From an uncultured Planctomycetales bacterium (GTDB lineage: Bacteria > Planctomycetota > MHYJ01 > JACPRB01), in assembly GCA_964604905.1 (NCBI GenBank), contig CAZSCC010000370.1:3676-67675 (forward strand): a stretch of DNA of 64,000 nucleotides, in the 5' to 3' direction. The notes beneath the pieces were generated by a model. It worked only from the letters and a program-made list of their open reading frames with translations, was not told the DNA's origin and made no database searches. This document shows, piece by piece, positions 27,277 through 37,664 of this stretch. Positions within the stretch are counted from its first letter, which is position 1. Every line of letters begins with the position of its first letter. The position numbers were made by a program, and so were the translations under genes.

Positions 27277-30200
27277 ATGGGTCTCCAGCGGATCGTCCTG
27301 GCGCTTCTCGTCATGCTCGCGTCGATCGCGCCGCGCCAGGATCAGCACTCCGCCCCCGTCGACTTCGAGCGCGACATCCGGCCGATCCTCTCCGACACCT
27401 GTTATACCTGCCACGGGCCGGACCCTGCCAAGCGGAAGGCCGACCTCCGGCTGGACACCCGCGAGGGGGCGTTCGCGGACCTCGACGGGAAGAAGGCGAT
27501 CGTCCCCGGCCGCCCCGAACGGAGCGAACTCTTCCGCCGGCTCACGACGACTGACGCGGACGATCGGATGCCCCCCGCCAAGACGGGACGCGCGCTCTCC
27601 GCGAAACAAGTCGAGCTCGTCCGTCGGTGGATCGCCGAGGGCGCCGCGTGGAAGGCCCACTGGGCGTTCGTCGTGCCGAAGCGGCCGCCGCTGCCGGAGA
27701 CCCGGAACAAATCCTGGATCCGCAACCCTATCGACGCCTTCATCCTCTCGCGCCTGGAGCGGGAAGGGCTCGCGCCCTCTCCCGAGGCCGACCGGGCGAC
27801 CCTCCTCCGCCGGCTCTCGCTCGACCTTACCGGCCTGCCCCCCACGATCGCCGAGGTGGACGCGCCGGAAGCATACGAGCGGACGGTCGATCGCCTGCTC
27901 GCCTCCCCGCGCTACGGCGAGCGGATGGCGATCCGCTGGCTTGACGCGGCGCGCTATGCCGACACGAGCGGCTACCAGAACGACGGGCCGCGCGAGATGT
28001 GGCGCTGGCGCGACTGGGTGATCCGGGCGTTCAACGACAACCTGCCCTTCGACCGCTTCACCGTCGAGCAGCTGGCCGGAGACCTCCTACCCGACCCCAC
28101 GCTCGATCAGCGGATCGCCACCGGTTTCAACCGGAACCACCGGGGCAACTCGGAGGGCGGGATCATCCCCGAGGAGTACCAGGTCGAGTACGTCGTCGAC
28201 CGCGTCGACACGACCGCCACCGTGTGGCTCGGCCTCACCGTCGGCTGCGCCCGCTGCCACGACCACAAGTACGACCCGGTCGCGCAGGAGGAGTTCTACC
28301 GTCTCTTCGCGTACTTCAACACCCTCCCCGAGCATGGCCGGGCCGTCAAGATCGGCAACTCGCCGCCCTACATCAAGGCGCCCACTCCCGAGCAGGCGGC
28401 GGAAGAGCGCCGCCTCGCCGCGGAGTTGGCCGCCGCGGAAGCCCGCTTCGCGGGGATGCGAGAGGCGCTCGCGGCCGCGCAGACCGCGTGGGAGACGACG
28501 GCCGTTCCCCTTCCGTGGACCGTCACCGAAGGCCTCGTCGCGGGCTTCGCGATGGAGGGCAACGCCGGAGACGCGAAGGCCGTGGGAGGCGATCCCGAGT
28601 TCGGTCGCGGACGAGTCGGGGGCGCCGCCCGGTTCGATGGACGCCGCTGGCTGGAGGCGCCCGCCGCGGCGAAGTTCGGGTTCTTCGACAAGTTCTCGCT
28701 TGCGGCCTGGGTGAGTCCCGAAGGGGACGGCACGATCCTCTCCCGGATGGACTCCGCGGGCCGGGAGGAAGGCTACCACGTGCAGCTCGCGGGCGGGCGC
28801 GTCCAGGTCAACCTGGTGAAGCGCTGGCTCGACGACGCGATCCGGGTGGAGACGGTGCGGGCCCTCGAGCCGGGCCGCTGGCACCACGTGACCGTGACCT
28901 ACGACGGCACGCGACTCGCCTCGGGAGTCGCGATCTACGTCGACGGGAAGCCCGAACCCCTCAAGGTCCACCTCGACTTCCTCAACCAGTCGTTCGCCAC
29001 CGAACACCCGTTCCGCATCGGGGCGGGGAGCGCGCCGTTCCGCGGATCGATCGGCGACGTGCGGGTCTACGCGCGGCGGCTCTCTCCGGACGAGGCCGGC
29101 TCGATCGCGACGCCGGAGGCGGTCGAGGAGATCCTGCGCCTGAAGGAGCGGACCGCGCTCCAGGCGGTCAAGCTCGCGGCCTGCTTCCTCGACCGCCACG
29201 CCCCCGAGGCGATCCGGACGGCGCATCGCGAGCTCCTCGACCTCCGACGACGGAAGGAAGCCTTCGACGAAAGCATCCCGAGCGTGATGGTCATGGAGGA
29301 GATGAAGCCCCCGCGCGAGACGCGCATCCTGATCCGCGGGGAGTACAACCGACCGGGAAAGAAAGTCGCGACGGGCGTCCCGGCGGCGCTCCACCCGATG
29401 GCCGCGGGCGCTCCGTCCAACCGCCTGGGCCTGGCGCGGTGGATCGTGGACCCGGCCAACCCGCTCACCGCGCGGGTGATCGTCAACCAGTGGTGGCAGA
29501 TGTATTTCGGCTCCGGCCTCGTGCGCACGATCGAGGACTTCGGGGCGCAGGGCGAGCGGCCGAGCCACCCCGAGCTTCTCGACTGGCTGGCCGCGGAGCT
29601 CGTGGGGAGCGGCTGGGACGTGAAGCAGCTGCAGAGGACGATCGTGACGAGCGCCGCCTACCGGCAGTCGTCGCGCGTCACGCCGGCGCTCCTCGAGCGC
29701 GACCCGGACAACCGGCTCCTCGCGCGCGGCCCGCGCTTCCGCCTGCCGGCCGAGATGGTCCGCGATCAGGCGCTCCTGGCGAGCGGGCTCCTGGTCGAGC
29801 GCCTCGGCGGCCCGTCGGTCAAGCCCTACCAGCCCGAGGGGCTCTGGAGGGAGATCGCGAGCGACATGGAGTACGACCGGTCGAAGGGCGCCGGGCTCTA
29901 CCGCCGCAGCCTCTACACCTACTGGAAGCGGACGGTGGTCCCGCCCACGATGTCGACGTTCGACGCGGCGGGGCGCGAGGCCTGCACGGTGCGGCAGACG
30001 CGGACCAACACGCCCCTTCAGGCGCTGGCCCTCATGAACGACGTGACCTACGTCGAGGCGGCGCGCGTGCTGGCCCAGCAGATGACGGGCGACGCGCGAT
30101 TCCGCGGGGCCTTCCGGCGCGTCCTCGGCCGACCCCCCTCCGCGCGAGAGGAGGAGGTCCTGGTCCGCGCCTATGAGCGCAACCTCGAGGACTTCCGCCG

Positions 30201-30339
30201 CGATCCGGACGCGGCGCGGCGGCTGATCTCGGTCGGAGACTCGAAGCCCGACCCGTCGATCGATCCGGCCGAGCTGGCCGCGCGGACGATGGTCGCAAGC
30301 CTGATCCTGAATCTCGACGAAGCCGTGACCAAGGAGTGA
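27277..30339 (+). CDS. CxxCH + DUF1549 + LamG-like + DUF1553 protein
   Basis: ATG 27277 gives signal [19 protein letters not shown]. '[20 protein letters not shown]', '[10 protein letters not shown]', '[16 protein letters not shown]', '[11 protein letters not shown]'. A central concanavalin/LamG-like insert ('[15 protein letters not shown]...[10 protein letters not shown]...IYVDG'), then DUF1553-type C-terminus. Confidence 0.85.
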   Translation: MGLQRIVLALLVMLASIAPRQDQHSAPVDFERDIRPILSDTCYTCHGPDPAKRKADLRLDTREGAFADLDGKKAIVPGRPERSELFRRLTTTDADDRMPPAKTGRALSAKQVELVRRWIAEGAAWKAHWAFVVPKRPPLPETRNKSWIRNPIDAFILSRLEREGLAPSPEADRATLLRRLSLDLTGLPPTIAEVDAPEAYERTVDRLLASPRYGERMAIRWLDAARYADTSGYQNDGPREMWRWRDWVIRAFNDNLPFDRFTVEQLAGDLLPDPTLDQRIATGFNRNHRGNSEGGIIPEEYQVEYVVDRVDTTATVWLGLTVGCARCHDHKYDPVAQEEFYRLFAYFNTLPEHGRAVKIGNSPPYIKAPTPEQAAEERRLAAELAAAEARFAGMREALAAAQTAWETTAVPLPWTVTEGLVAGFAMEGNAGDAKAVGGDPEFGRGRVGGAARFDGRRWLEAPAAAKFGFFDKFSLAAWVSPEGDGTILSRMDSAGREEGYHVQLAGGRVQVNLVKRWLDDAIRVETVRALEPGRWHHVTVTYDGTRLASGVAIYVDGKPEPLKVHLDFLNQSFATEHPFRIGAGSAPFRGSIGDVRVYARRLSPDEAGSIATPEAVEEILRLKERTALQAVKLAACFLDRHAPEAIRTAHRELLDLRRRKEAFDESIPSVMVMEEMKPPRETRILIRGEYNRPGKKVATGVPAALHPMAAGAPSNRLGLARWIVDPANPLTARVIVNQWWQMYFGSGLVRTIEDFGAQGERPSHPELLDWLAAELVGSGWDVKQLQRTIVTSAAYRQSSRVTPALLERDPDNRLLARGPRFRLPAEMVRDQALLASGLLVERLGGPSVKPYQPEGLWREIASDMEYDRSKGAGLYRRSLYTYWKRTVVPPTMSTFDAAGREACTVRQTRTNTPLQALALMNDVTYVEAARVLAQQMTGDARFRGAFRRVLGRPPSAREEEVLVRAYERNLEDFRRDPDAARRLISVGDSKPDPSIDPAELAARTMVASLILNLDEAVTKE

Positions 30340-31736
30340 CGATGGATCCCCTGATCGGACGGCGTGGGTTCCTCCTGGGGAGCGGTCTGAGCCTGGGCGC
30401 GCTGGCGCTCGAGGCCTTCGCGCAGCAGGAGGGGCGGTCGCGCGCGCCCCATTTCGCGCCGAAGGCCCGCCGCGTGATCTACCTCTGCCAGTCGGGCGCG
30501 CCCTCGCAGATGGACCTCTTCGACTACAAGCCACAGCTCGAGAAGTTCCGCGCTCAGGACCTGCCCGACTCGGTGCGGAAGGGTCAGCGGCTGACGGGGA
30601 TGACGGCGACGCAGGATCGCTTCCCGATCGCGCCGTCGATCTTCCGCTTCGCGCGGCGCGGGGAGAGCGGCGCGTGGGTGAGCGACCTTCTGCCGGAGAC
30701 GGCGGCGATCGCGGACGACCTCTGCTTCGTGAAGTCGATGTTCACGGAGGCGATCAACCACGACCCGGCGATCACGTTCCTCCAGAGCGGCAGCCAACTC
30801 GCGGGCCGTCCCAGCATGGGAGCGTGGGTCTCCTACGGGCTTGGCCGGCTGAACGAGGACCTGCCGAGCTTCGTGGCGATGACGTCGGGGGAGGGGGACC
30901 AGCCGCTCTACGACCGCCTCTGGGGGAGCGGCTTCCTGCCGAGCGAGTACCAGGGGGTCAAGTTCGGGCGGACGGGCGACCCGGTGCTCTACCTGTCGGA
31001 CCCTCCCGGGATCGACCGGGCGATGCGGCGCCGGATGCTGGACGATCTGGCGGCGATGAACGAGCTCCGGCTGCGCGAGCAGGGGGACCCCGAGACGGCG
31101 GCCCGGATCGCGCAGTACGAGATGGCCTTCCGGATGCAGGCGTCGGTCCCCGAGCTGGTCGACGTCTCGCGCGAGCCCGAGTCGATCCGCGAGCTGTACG
31201 GCCCCGACTGCATGAAGCGCGGGACCTTCGCGGCGAACTGCCTGTTGGCGCGCCGCCTGGCGGAGCGGGGGGTGCGGTTCATCCAACTCTATCACCGCGG
31301 CTGGGACCAGCACACCAACCTGCCGCGAGACCTCCGGCGGCAGTGCAGGGACACGGACCGCCCGGCGGCGGCGCTGGTTCGGGACCTCAAGCAGCGGGGG
31401 ATGCTCGACGACACGCTGGTGATCTGGGGGGGCGAGTTCGGCCGCACGGTCTACTGCCAGGGGCGCCTCACGGAGGACGACTACGGCCGCGACCATCATC
31501 CGCGCTGCTTCACGGTCTGGATGGCGGGGGGCGGGGTCAAGCCGGGGCTCACCTGGGGCGAGACGGACGACCACTCCTACAACATCGTCCGGGACCCCGT
31601 CCACGTGCATGACCTGAACGCCACGGTCCTGCACTGCCTGGGCCTCGACCACACCCGGCTGACCTTCCAGTACCAGGGCCGCCACCACCGCCTGACCGAC
31701 GTGCACGGCCACGTGGTGAAGGGCCTGCTCGCGTAA
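30336..31736 (+). CDS. DUF1501 (sulfatase-like fold) protein
   Basis: 466 aa. '[18 protein letters not shown]', 'GRDHHPRCF' and '[14 protein letters not shown]'. GTGA start/stop overlap with the preceding gene. Its TAA stop (31734-31736) lies inside the palindromic element. Confidence 0.85.
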   Translation: MTMDPLIGRRGFLLGSGLSLGALALEAFAQQEGRSRAPHFAPKARRVIYLCQSGAPSQMDLFDYKPQLEKFRAQDLPDSVRKGQRLTGMTATQDRFPIAPSIFRFARRGESGAWVSDLLPETAAIADDLCFVKSMFTEAINHDPAITFLQSGSQLAGRPSMGAWVSYGLGRLNEDLPSFVAMTSGEGDQPLYDRLWGSGFLPSEYQGVKFGRTGDPVLYLSDPPGIDRAMRRRMLDDLAAMNELRLREQGDPETAARIAQYEMAFRMQASVPELVDVSREPESIRELYGPDCMKRGTFAANCLLARRLAERGVRFIQLYHRGWDQHTNLPRDLRRQCRDTDRPAAALVRDLKQRGMLDDTLVIWGGEFGRTVYCQGRLTEDDYGRDHHPRCFTVWMAGGGVKPGLTWGETDDHSYNIVRDPVHVHDLNATVLHCLGLDHTRLTFQYQGRHHRLTDVHGHVVKGLLA

Positions 31737-31762
31737 CAAAACAAACCGTTTGTTTTGTTACG
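31732..31762. repeat. AT-rich 31-bp palindromic element, copy 3 (perfect)
   Basis: cgtaacaaaacaaac-c-gtttgttttgttacg: perfect 15-bp arms around a single central base. Confidence 0.95.
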
Positions 31763-31786
31763 CGGGAGCTCTATCATCGCCTGCGC

Positions 31787-33064
31787 ATGCGGATCGCGGC
31801 GGCCGTCTCCCTCGTGGCGCTCGGGTGCGCCTCCGGAGCCCCGGTCCCGCCGGACTATGGCGCGATCCGGGGGGCCAATTACGTCCCCAGCTTCGCGAGC
31901 ACCAGCGTCGGGGCCTGGAAGGACTACGATCCCCGGCTCATCGAGCGCGAGCTCGGCTATGCCGAGCGGCTCCGGCTCAACTCCATCCGGGTCTTCCTCC
32001 AGATCGTCGTCTACGAGCACGACCCGGCCGGCTTCGCCCGGAGCCTGGAGGACTTCGTCGAGCGCTGTCGATCGCACGGTCTCCGGCCGCTCTTCGTCCT
32101 CTTCGACTCCTGTTTCGGGGACGAGCCCTCGATCGCCAAGGCCGATTCGCCCACCTGGGTCAACAATCCCGGGTTCAGCCGGACCGGGAAGGAGCACCGG
32201 CCCGCCCTGGAACGGTACGTCCGCGACGTGGTCACCCCGTTTCGAGGCGACCCGCGGGTCCTGGGGTGGGACGTCATGAACGAGCCGATGGCCGACTTCA
32301 ACCACGTCACCCGGGCCGAACGCGACCAGATCTGGGAGTTCGTGCGCCACTTCTGCCGCTTCACCAAGGATCTCGACCCGGCCCATCCGATCACCGTCGG
32401 GGAGGCCGTAGTGGAGTACCTTCCCAGGACCTCGGATTTGGTCGATTTCCTGTCCGTCCACTCCTATGCGAGCGATCCCGAAGGGTTCCGGCAGGACCTG
32501 GAGCTGGCCCGGCACTACGGCCGGGCGAGCGGAAAGCCGGTCGTGGTCACGGAGTGCGGCAATCCGGGGGCGGGGCAGAGGTACGAGATGGTCTTCGACG
32601 TGCTCGGCCAGGAGGGGATGGGGTTCTACTTCTGGGAGCTGATGATCGGCAAGATGCAGTTCCGGGAGATGGCGGGCCTCGTCTACCCCGACGGCTCGGT
32701 CCGGGAGCCGTCGGCCGTGGCGGCGCTCCTGGGGTTTCCCGGCAAAGGCAAAGAGGGGGGAGTCCCGCTCGCCAAGCCGCCCGACGAGACGGCGCTCAAG
32801 GCGTTCCTCAAGGCGCCCGACCGCTGGCCGGCGCTCCTGGAGCGGGCCCGCCAGGCGCCCCGGACGCGGGAGGGCATCCTTCCGCTGCTCCATCCGCTGG
32901 GGGCGCTGGGCCGAATGAAGGCGCGGCCGGACCCGCGGTCGGCGGAGATCTTCGAGGCGGCGCTGAGCATCCCGCACCTCTTCCGCCTGGGGCGCGAGGA
33001 GGAGGCGATCCGCCTCTTCGAGTCGTTCCTGTCGGACGTGGAACGGGCGGTCTCCCGGCGGTAG
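31787..33064 (+). CDS. glycoside hydrolase, clan GH-A TIM-barrel (GH5-like), lipoprotein-like signal
   Basis: 425 aa. 'GANYVPS', 'LNSIRVFL', 'WDVMNEP' (acid/base) and 'VVVTECG' (candidate nucleophile). Confidence 0.6.
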   Translation: MRIAAAVSLVALGCASGAPVPPDYGAIRGANYVPSFASTSVGAWKDYDPRLIERELGYAERLRLNSIRVFLQIVVYEHDPAGFARSLEDFVERCRSHGLRPLFVLFDSCFGDEPSIAKADSPTWVNNPGFSRTGKEHRPALERYVRDVVTPFRGDPRVLGWDVMNEPMADFNHVTRAERDQIWEFVRHFCRFTKDLDPAHPITVGEAVVEYLPRTSDLVDFLSVHSYASDPEGFRQDLELARHYGRASGKPVVVTECGNPGAGQRYEMVFDVLGQEGMGFYFWELMIGKMQFREMAGLVYPDGSVREPSAVAALLGFPGKGKEGGVPLAKPPDETALKAFLKAPDRWPALLERARQAPRTREGILPLLHPLGALGRMKARPDPRSAEIFEAALSIPHLFRLGREEEAIRLFESFLSDVERAVSRR

Positions 33065-33071
33065 GGGGCCG

Positions 33072-33102
33072 CGTAACAAAACAAACGGTTTGTTTTGTTA
33101 CG
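33072..33102. repeat. AT-rich 31-bp palindromic element, copy 4 (perfect; exact reverse complement of copy 3)
   Basis: cgtaacaaaacaaac-g-gtttgttttgttacg, between convergent gene ends. Confidence 0.95.
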
Positions 33103-33109
33103 CAGCTCG

Positions 33110-36085
33110 CTACCGACCCTCTTCGGCCAGGAGGCGGCGGGCCTCGGCGTGGGAGGGGTCGAGACGGAGGAGCTTTCGGCACTCCTCCATCGCTTCGGGC
33201 TTCTTGCCCGCCTTGAGCAGGTACTGGACCAGGCGGAGATGGCTGGTCGGCGTGGGGCGGTCGGCCACCACCACGCGCCACTCCTCCGCCGCCTCGGCGA
33301 AGCGGCCGGCCGACTCGTGCTGCGCGGCCCGGATCGAGGCGGCCGCGGGAGAGGCCGGAGCCGCCCGCACCAGCTCCTCGAGCGCCGCCTTCGCCTCCGC
33401 GCGCCGGCCGATCCGATCGTAGAGGGCGGCCAGCTGGAGCAGGGCCGCGGGGTACTGAGAGGACCCTCGGGGCACCACCCGGAACAACTCCACCGCCAGG
33501 GCGATCTCTCCGCCGCTCCGGGCCGCCAGGCCTTCCCGGTAGAACCGGTCCGCCAGCGAGTCGCTGAACTTGGCGAACGCCCGGTCGGGCGTGTACTTGG
33601 CGCGCAGCTCCTCGAGCGCGCGGACCGTCTCCGGGTTGGTCTCCGCCGACGCCTTCCCGTACGCCGCCGCGAAGGCGCGCCGGCCTTCCCGCGCGCGGGC
33701 CACGCCGCGCGCCGTCTCGGGGCTCATCCCCTCATAGAGCCGCAGCTCCACCGCCTCCGCCCGGACGGAATCGAGACGCCCCAGCGTCTCCGGGAGCGGG
33801 GAGGCCATGTAGAGCCCGCGCGGGGCGGTGTACTCGATCGAGCAATGGTCGTCCGTCAAGATCGGCCCCTCGCCCGCGAACCGGCGCGCCCCCGCCGCGT
33901 CGGTCACCAGGCTCGCGAGCAGCCCCGCCGCGCCGGGCAGGTTCGGCTCCTCGATCTGGGCGCGCACCCCGGGCGCCGCCATCCGCGACTCGAGCCGCGC
34001 GAACGGCGCTCGCGGATCGTCCCGCCAGCCCAGGAGGAGATAGTCGCTCCCCGGCGAGACCTCCCAGACGCTGCCGGCCGGGAAGACCGAATAGAACGTC
34101 CGCAGCAGGAGCCGGAAATCCTCCGACGGGAGCGAGTAGGCGTGGACCCACTGGCAGAAGATCCCCTGCGGGCCCAGCCGGCGCGCGGCCTCCTCGAAGA
34201 AGTCCCGCGTGAAGAGCCCCGCCATCCCGCTGATCCATAAGTTCGACGGCTCCGAGACGATGACGTCGTAGAGGTCCCTCCCGAACCGGATCGCGTTGCG
34301 CCCGTCGCCGACCGTGACCCGGACGCGGGGGTCGTGCAGGACGCCTCCGTTGACCGACTCGAAATGGCCGGCCGCCTTCACCACGGCCGACGAAATCTCA
34401 AGGCAGTCGATCCGCTCGAGCGGGTGCTTCGCCATCGCCCCGAGCGTCACCCCGCAGCCCAGGCCGATCAGCATCGCGCGGCGCGGGGCGGGGTGGTGCA
34501 ACAGCGGGAGGTGGCCCAGGAGGAGCTGGGTGGGCATGTCGTCCAGCGTGGAGGCGTCGGGCTTCCCGTTGACCCGCAGGCTCCGCGTCCCGCCGCCCTC
34601 CTCGTGCACCGTCACCAGGCCGTAGGAATCCCAGAACTGCGCGACGATCGGGTGGCGCCCCATCGCCCGCTCGAGGGTCTCCTCGCCCTCGCGGGTCCGC
34701 GCCACGTATGTCTCGCCGTTGAGGAAAGCCCCGCTCGCGATCACCTGGAGGTCCCAGCCCGGCACGACCCAGGCGGCGACGGCGAGGACACCCGGCGCGA
34801 TCGCCGCCTCGACGATGCGGGGCGTCCGCGAGAGAAGGAGCACGGCCGAGAGGATCGCGTTGAGCGTGACGGCCGCGCGGATCGTCGCGGCGGGCCCGAT
34901 CCCCGGGAGGACGAGGAACGAGACCAGGACGGAGCCGGCGATGCAGCCCACCGTGTTCCACGCGTAGACCGCTCCGATCGCCCGGCCCACCGTCGCGTCG
35001 CTCCCCACGGCCAGGCGGCAGAGAAGGGGGAAGACGGCGCCCATGAGGAAGGTGGGGACCAGGATGAAGAGCGCGATCACGGTCACCTGCGTGCCGAAGG
35101 CGCTCCCTTCGGCGGCCTTCCACGATTCCACCTGCCGCGCGACGTGGAGGGGGATCTCGCCCAGGAAGGGGAGGAGGATCACGGCCGCGATCCCGATCAG
35201 GCCCTGCACGACCGCGAGGGCGCCGATCGGATCCCGGATCCGCCCCAGGACGCGCGCGCCGGCCGAGCTGCCGAGCGCGAGCCCGAGGATGAACGTCGCC
35301 AGGATCAGCGTGAACGCGTGGACCGTCGAGCCCAGTCCCAGGACGAGCGACCGGATCCACGCGACCTCGTAGGCCATCGAGATGAACCCGGAAGCGAGCG
35401 CCACCCAGAGCGCGAGCCGCCGCGGGGGCGCTCCCTCGGGCGCCGCGGCGAGGAGCTCGCCTTTTTTCCCCCGGGCGAGGAGGAGCGCGGCGACGGCGAT
35501 CGCCCCGTTGAGCGCGATCGCGACCGCCGTCGTGATCCGGAGGCCGAAGGAGGGGATGAGCCAGAATCCGGCCGCGAGCGTCCCTGCCACGCCGCCCAGC
35601 GTGTTGACCGCGTAGACGCGTCCCGCCTCGTCCGGCGCCGAGAGGGCCGAGGCGGAGAAGTGACGCGAGAGGACCGGCAGCGTGGCCCCCATGAGGGTCG
35701 TGGGGACGATGAGAAGCGCCGCGACCAGGAGCGCGCGGATCGAGGCGTACAGGACCGTCACCTCTCCGACGGCGCCCCAGAGGACGCGGAAGAGCGGCCC
35801 GCTCGCGGCGAGGAGGAAGGGCACGAGCAGGGCCGAGAGGGCGATGCCCGCCTCGAGCAGGCCGTAGAGGCGGAGGAGTTCGGCGCCCGACCGCCGGTCC
35901 GCGGCCTTCCCGCCCCACGCCGCCCCGATTGCGAGGCCGCCCATGAAGACGCCGACCACGGTGCCGATCGCGTACGTAGTGTTGCCGATGACGCTGCCGG
36001 CGACGCGGATCCAGACGACCTCGTAGAGGAGCCCGCAGAATCCGGAGACGAAGAAGAACGCGAAGACGCGGGCGCGCGAGATCAC
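33110..36085 (-). CDS. fused polytopic-membrane / spermidine-synthase-like protein with C-terminal TPR repeats
   Basis: 991 aa, GTG start. 'FFFVSGFCGLLYEVVWIR' and many TM segments. Methyltransferase-fold 'MLIGLGCGVTLGAM...CLEISSAVV...DVIVSEPSNLW'. TPR-like C-terminus. Confidence 0.75.
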   Translation of the reverse strand: MISRARVFAFFFVSGFCGLLYEVVWIRVAGSVIGNTTYAIGTVVGVFMGGLAIGAAWGGKAADRRSGAELLRLYGLLEAGIALSALLVPFLLAASGPLFRVLWGAVGEVTVLYASIRALLVAALLIVPTTLMGATLPVLSRHFSASALSAPDEAGRVYAVNTLGGVAGTLAAGFWLIPSFGLRITTAVAIALNGAIAVAALLLARGKKGELLAAAPEGAPPRRLALWVALASGFISMAYEVAWIRSLVLGLGSTVHAFTLILATFILGLALGSSAGARVLGRIRDPIGALAVVQGLIGIAAVILLPFLGEIPLHVARQVESWKAAEGSAFGTQVTVIALFILVPTFLMGAVFPLLCRLAVGSDATVGRAIGAVYAWNTVGCIAGSVLVSFLVLPGIGPAATIRAAVTLNAILSAVLLLSRTPRIVEAAIAPGVLAVAAWVVPGWDLQVIASGAFLNGETYVARTREGEETLERAMGRHPIVAQFWDSYGLVTVHEEGGGTRSLRVNGKPDASTLDDMPTQLLLGHLPLLHHPAPRRAMLIGLGCGVTLGAMAKHPLERIDCLEISSAVVKAAGHFESVNGGVLHDPRVRVTVGDGRNAIRFGRDLYDVIVSEPSNLWISGMAGLFTRDFFEEAARRLGPQGIFCQWVHAYSLPSEDFRLLLRTFYSVFPAGSVWEVSPGSDYLLLGWRDDPRAPFARLESRMAAPGVRAQIEEPNLPGAAGLLASLVTDAAGARRFAGEGPILTDDHCSIEYTAPRGLYMASPLPETLGRLDSVRAEAVELRLYEGMSPETARGVARAREGRRAFAAAYGKASAETNPETVRALEELRAKYTPDRAFAKFSDSLADRFYREGLAARSGGEIALAVELFRVVPRGSSQYPAALLQLAALYDRIGRRAEAKAALEELVRAAPASPAAASIRAAQHESAGRFAEAAEEWRVVVADRPTPTSHLRLVQYLLKAGKKPEAMEECRKLLRLDPSHAEARRLLAEEGR

Positions 36086-36141
36086 CCGTATTCTACGTCC
36101 GGCGGCCGAGACCCGGCGGCCTCCGGCGGGGTTAAGAAGTC

Positions 36142-37500
36142 ATGAACTCGCTCCTGAAAGCCGCCCTCCTCCTGCTCGCGCTCCCCCCCGCGGCGCAGGA
36201 CCGGAAGCCCAACGTGATCTTCATCCTGGCCGACGACCTCGGGTACGGGGACCTCGGCTGCTACGGCCAGAAGAAGATCCGCACGCCCAACCTCGACCGG
36301 ATGGCCCAGGAGGGGCTTCGGTTCACCCAGTTCTACGCGGGCTCGACCGTCTGCGCCCCCTCGCGCTGCGTGCTCATGACCGGACGGAACACCGGCCACG
36401 CGTTCATCCGGGGGAATGCGAAGACGAATCTCCGTCCCGAGGACGTCACGGTCGCCGAGGTCTTCAAGGACGCCGGCTACGCGACGGGCCTCTGCGGCAA
36501 GTGGGGCCTCGGCCACGAGGGCTCGACCGGCGTGCCCACCCGCCAGGGCTTCGATTCCTTCTTCGGCTACCTCGACCAGACCCACGCGCACAACTACTGG
36601 CCGACCTTCCTCATGAGGAACGAGGAGCGCGTGGCGCTGAAGAACGAGGTCCCCAACGAGGGGCCCGTGGGGCAGGGCGTCGCCTCCAAGCGGGTCGAGT
36701 GGAGCCACGACCTGATCGCGAAGGAGGCGCTGGCGTTCGTCGACCGCCACCGCGAGCGGCCCTTCTTCCTCTACTATGCCGCGACGCTCCCCCACGCGAA
36801 CAACGAGGCCAAGAACAAGGGGATGGAGATCCCCGACCACGGCGACTACGCGGACCGCGACTGGCCGGAGCCCGAGAAGGGGCGGGCCGCCATGATCGCG
36901 CGGCTCGACCGCGACGTGGGCGAGCTCTTCCGAAAGCTCAAGGATCTCGGGCTTGACGACCGGACGCTCGTCCTCTTCTCGTCCGACAACGGGCCGCACC
37001 GGGAAGGCGGGGCCGACCCGGACTTCTTCGCCTCGAGCGGCCCGCTACGAGGGATCAAGCGCGCGCTCTACGAAGGGGGCATCCGCGTGCCGATGATCGC
37101 GCGCTGGCCGGGCAAGGTCCCGGCGGGCAAAACGAGCGATCACGTCTGGGGGATGTGGGACGTCCTCCCGACCGCCGCGGAGCTCTCGGGCGGGAAGGCC
37201 CCCGAGGGCCTGGACGGCGTCTCGATGGTCGGGGCGCTCCTGGGCCGGGAGGCGAAGGCGCAGGAGTTCCTCTACTGGGAATTCCACGAGGGCGGCTTCC
37301 GCCAGGCGGTGCGCCATGGCGACTGGAAGGGCGTGCGTGCCGGCTCGAAGGCCCCGCTGGAGCTGTACGACCTGAAGACCGATCTCGGCGAGAAGGAGAA
37401 CGTCGCCGCCCGGCACCCCGACGTCGTGGCGGCGATCGAGAAGTACCTTGCGACCGCGCGGACCGAGTCCGCCGAGTTCCCGGTCAAGGAGAAGAAATGA
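36142..37500 (+). CDS. arylsulfatase (formylglycine-dependent sulfatase family)
   Basis: 452 aa. 'PNVIFILADDLGYGDLGCYG' and the 'CAPSRCVLMTGR' FGly signature (C-x-P-x-R). Confidence 0.9.
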   Translation: MNSLLKAALLLLALPPAAQDRKPNVIFILADDLGYGDLGCYGQKKIRTPNLDRMAQEGLRFTQFYAGSTVCAPSRCVLMTGRNTGHAFIRGNAKTNLRPEDVTVAEVFKDAGYATGLCGKWGLGHEGSTGVPTRQGFDSFFGYLDQTHAHNYWPTFLMRNEERVALKNEVPNEGPVGQGVASKRVEWSHDLIAKEALAFVDRHRERPFFLYYAATLPHANNEAKNKGMEIPDHGDYADRDWPEPEKGRAAMIARLDRDVGELFRKLKDLGLDDRTLVLFSSDNGPHREGGADPDFFASSGPLRGIKRALYEGGIRVPMIARWPGKVPAGKTSDHVWGMWDVLPTAAELSGGKAPEGLDGVSMVGALLGREAKAQEFLYWEFHEGGFRQAVRHGDWKGVRAGSKAPLELYDLKTDLGEKENVAARHPDVVAAIEKYLATARTESAEFPVKEKK

Positions 37501-37664
37501 GCAGGAAGAAGCTCGACTAGGTTGGTCCCATCGAGTCCGTGGGGATGGCTTTCAACACAAAGGCACGAAGCTCACCCCGTCATTCTCAGAATCCTTTGTG
37601 ACTTTGTGGTGAGTCTTTCTCTTCGACATCCCTGGGGTCGACTTAGGGTACGATACGGGCTCCC

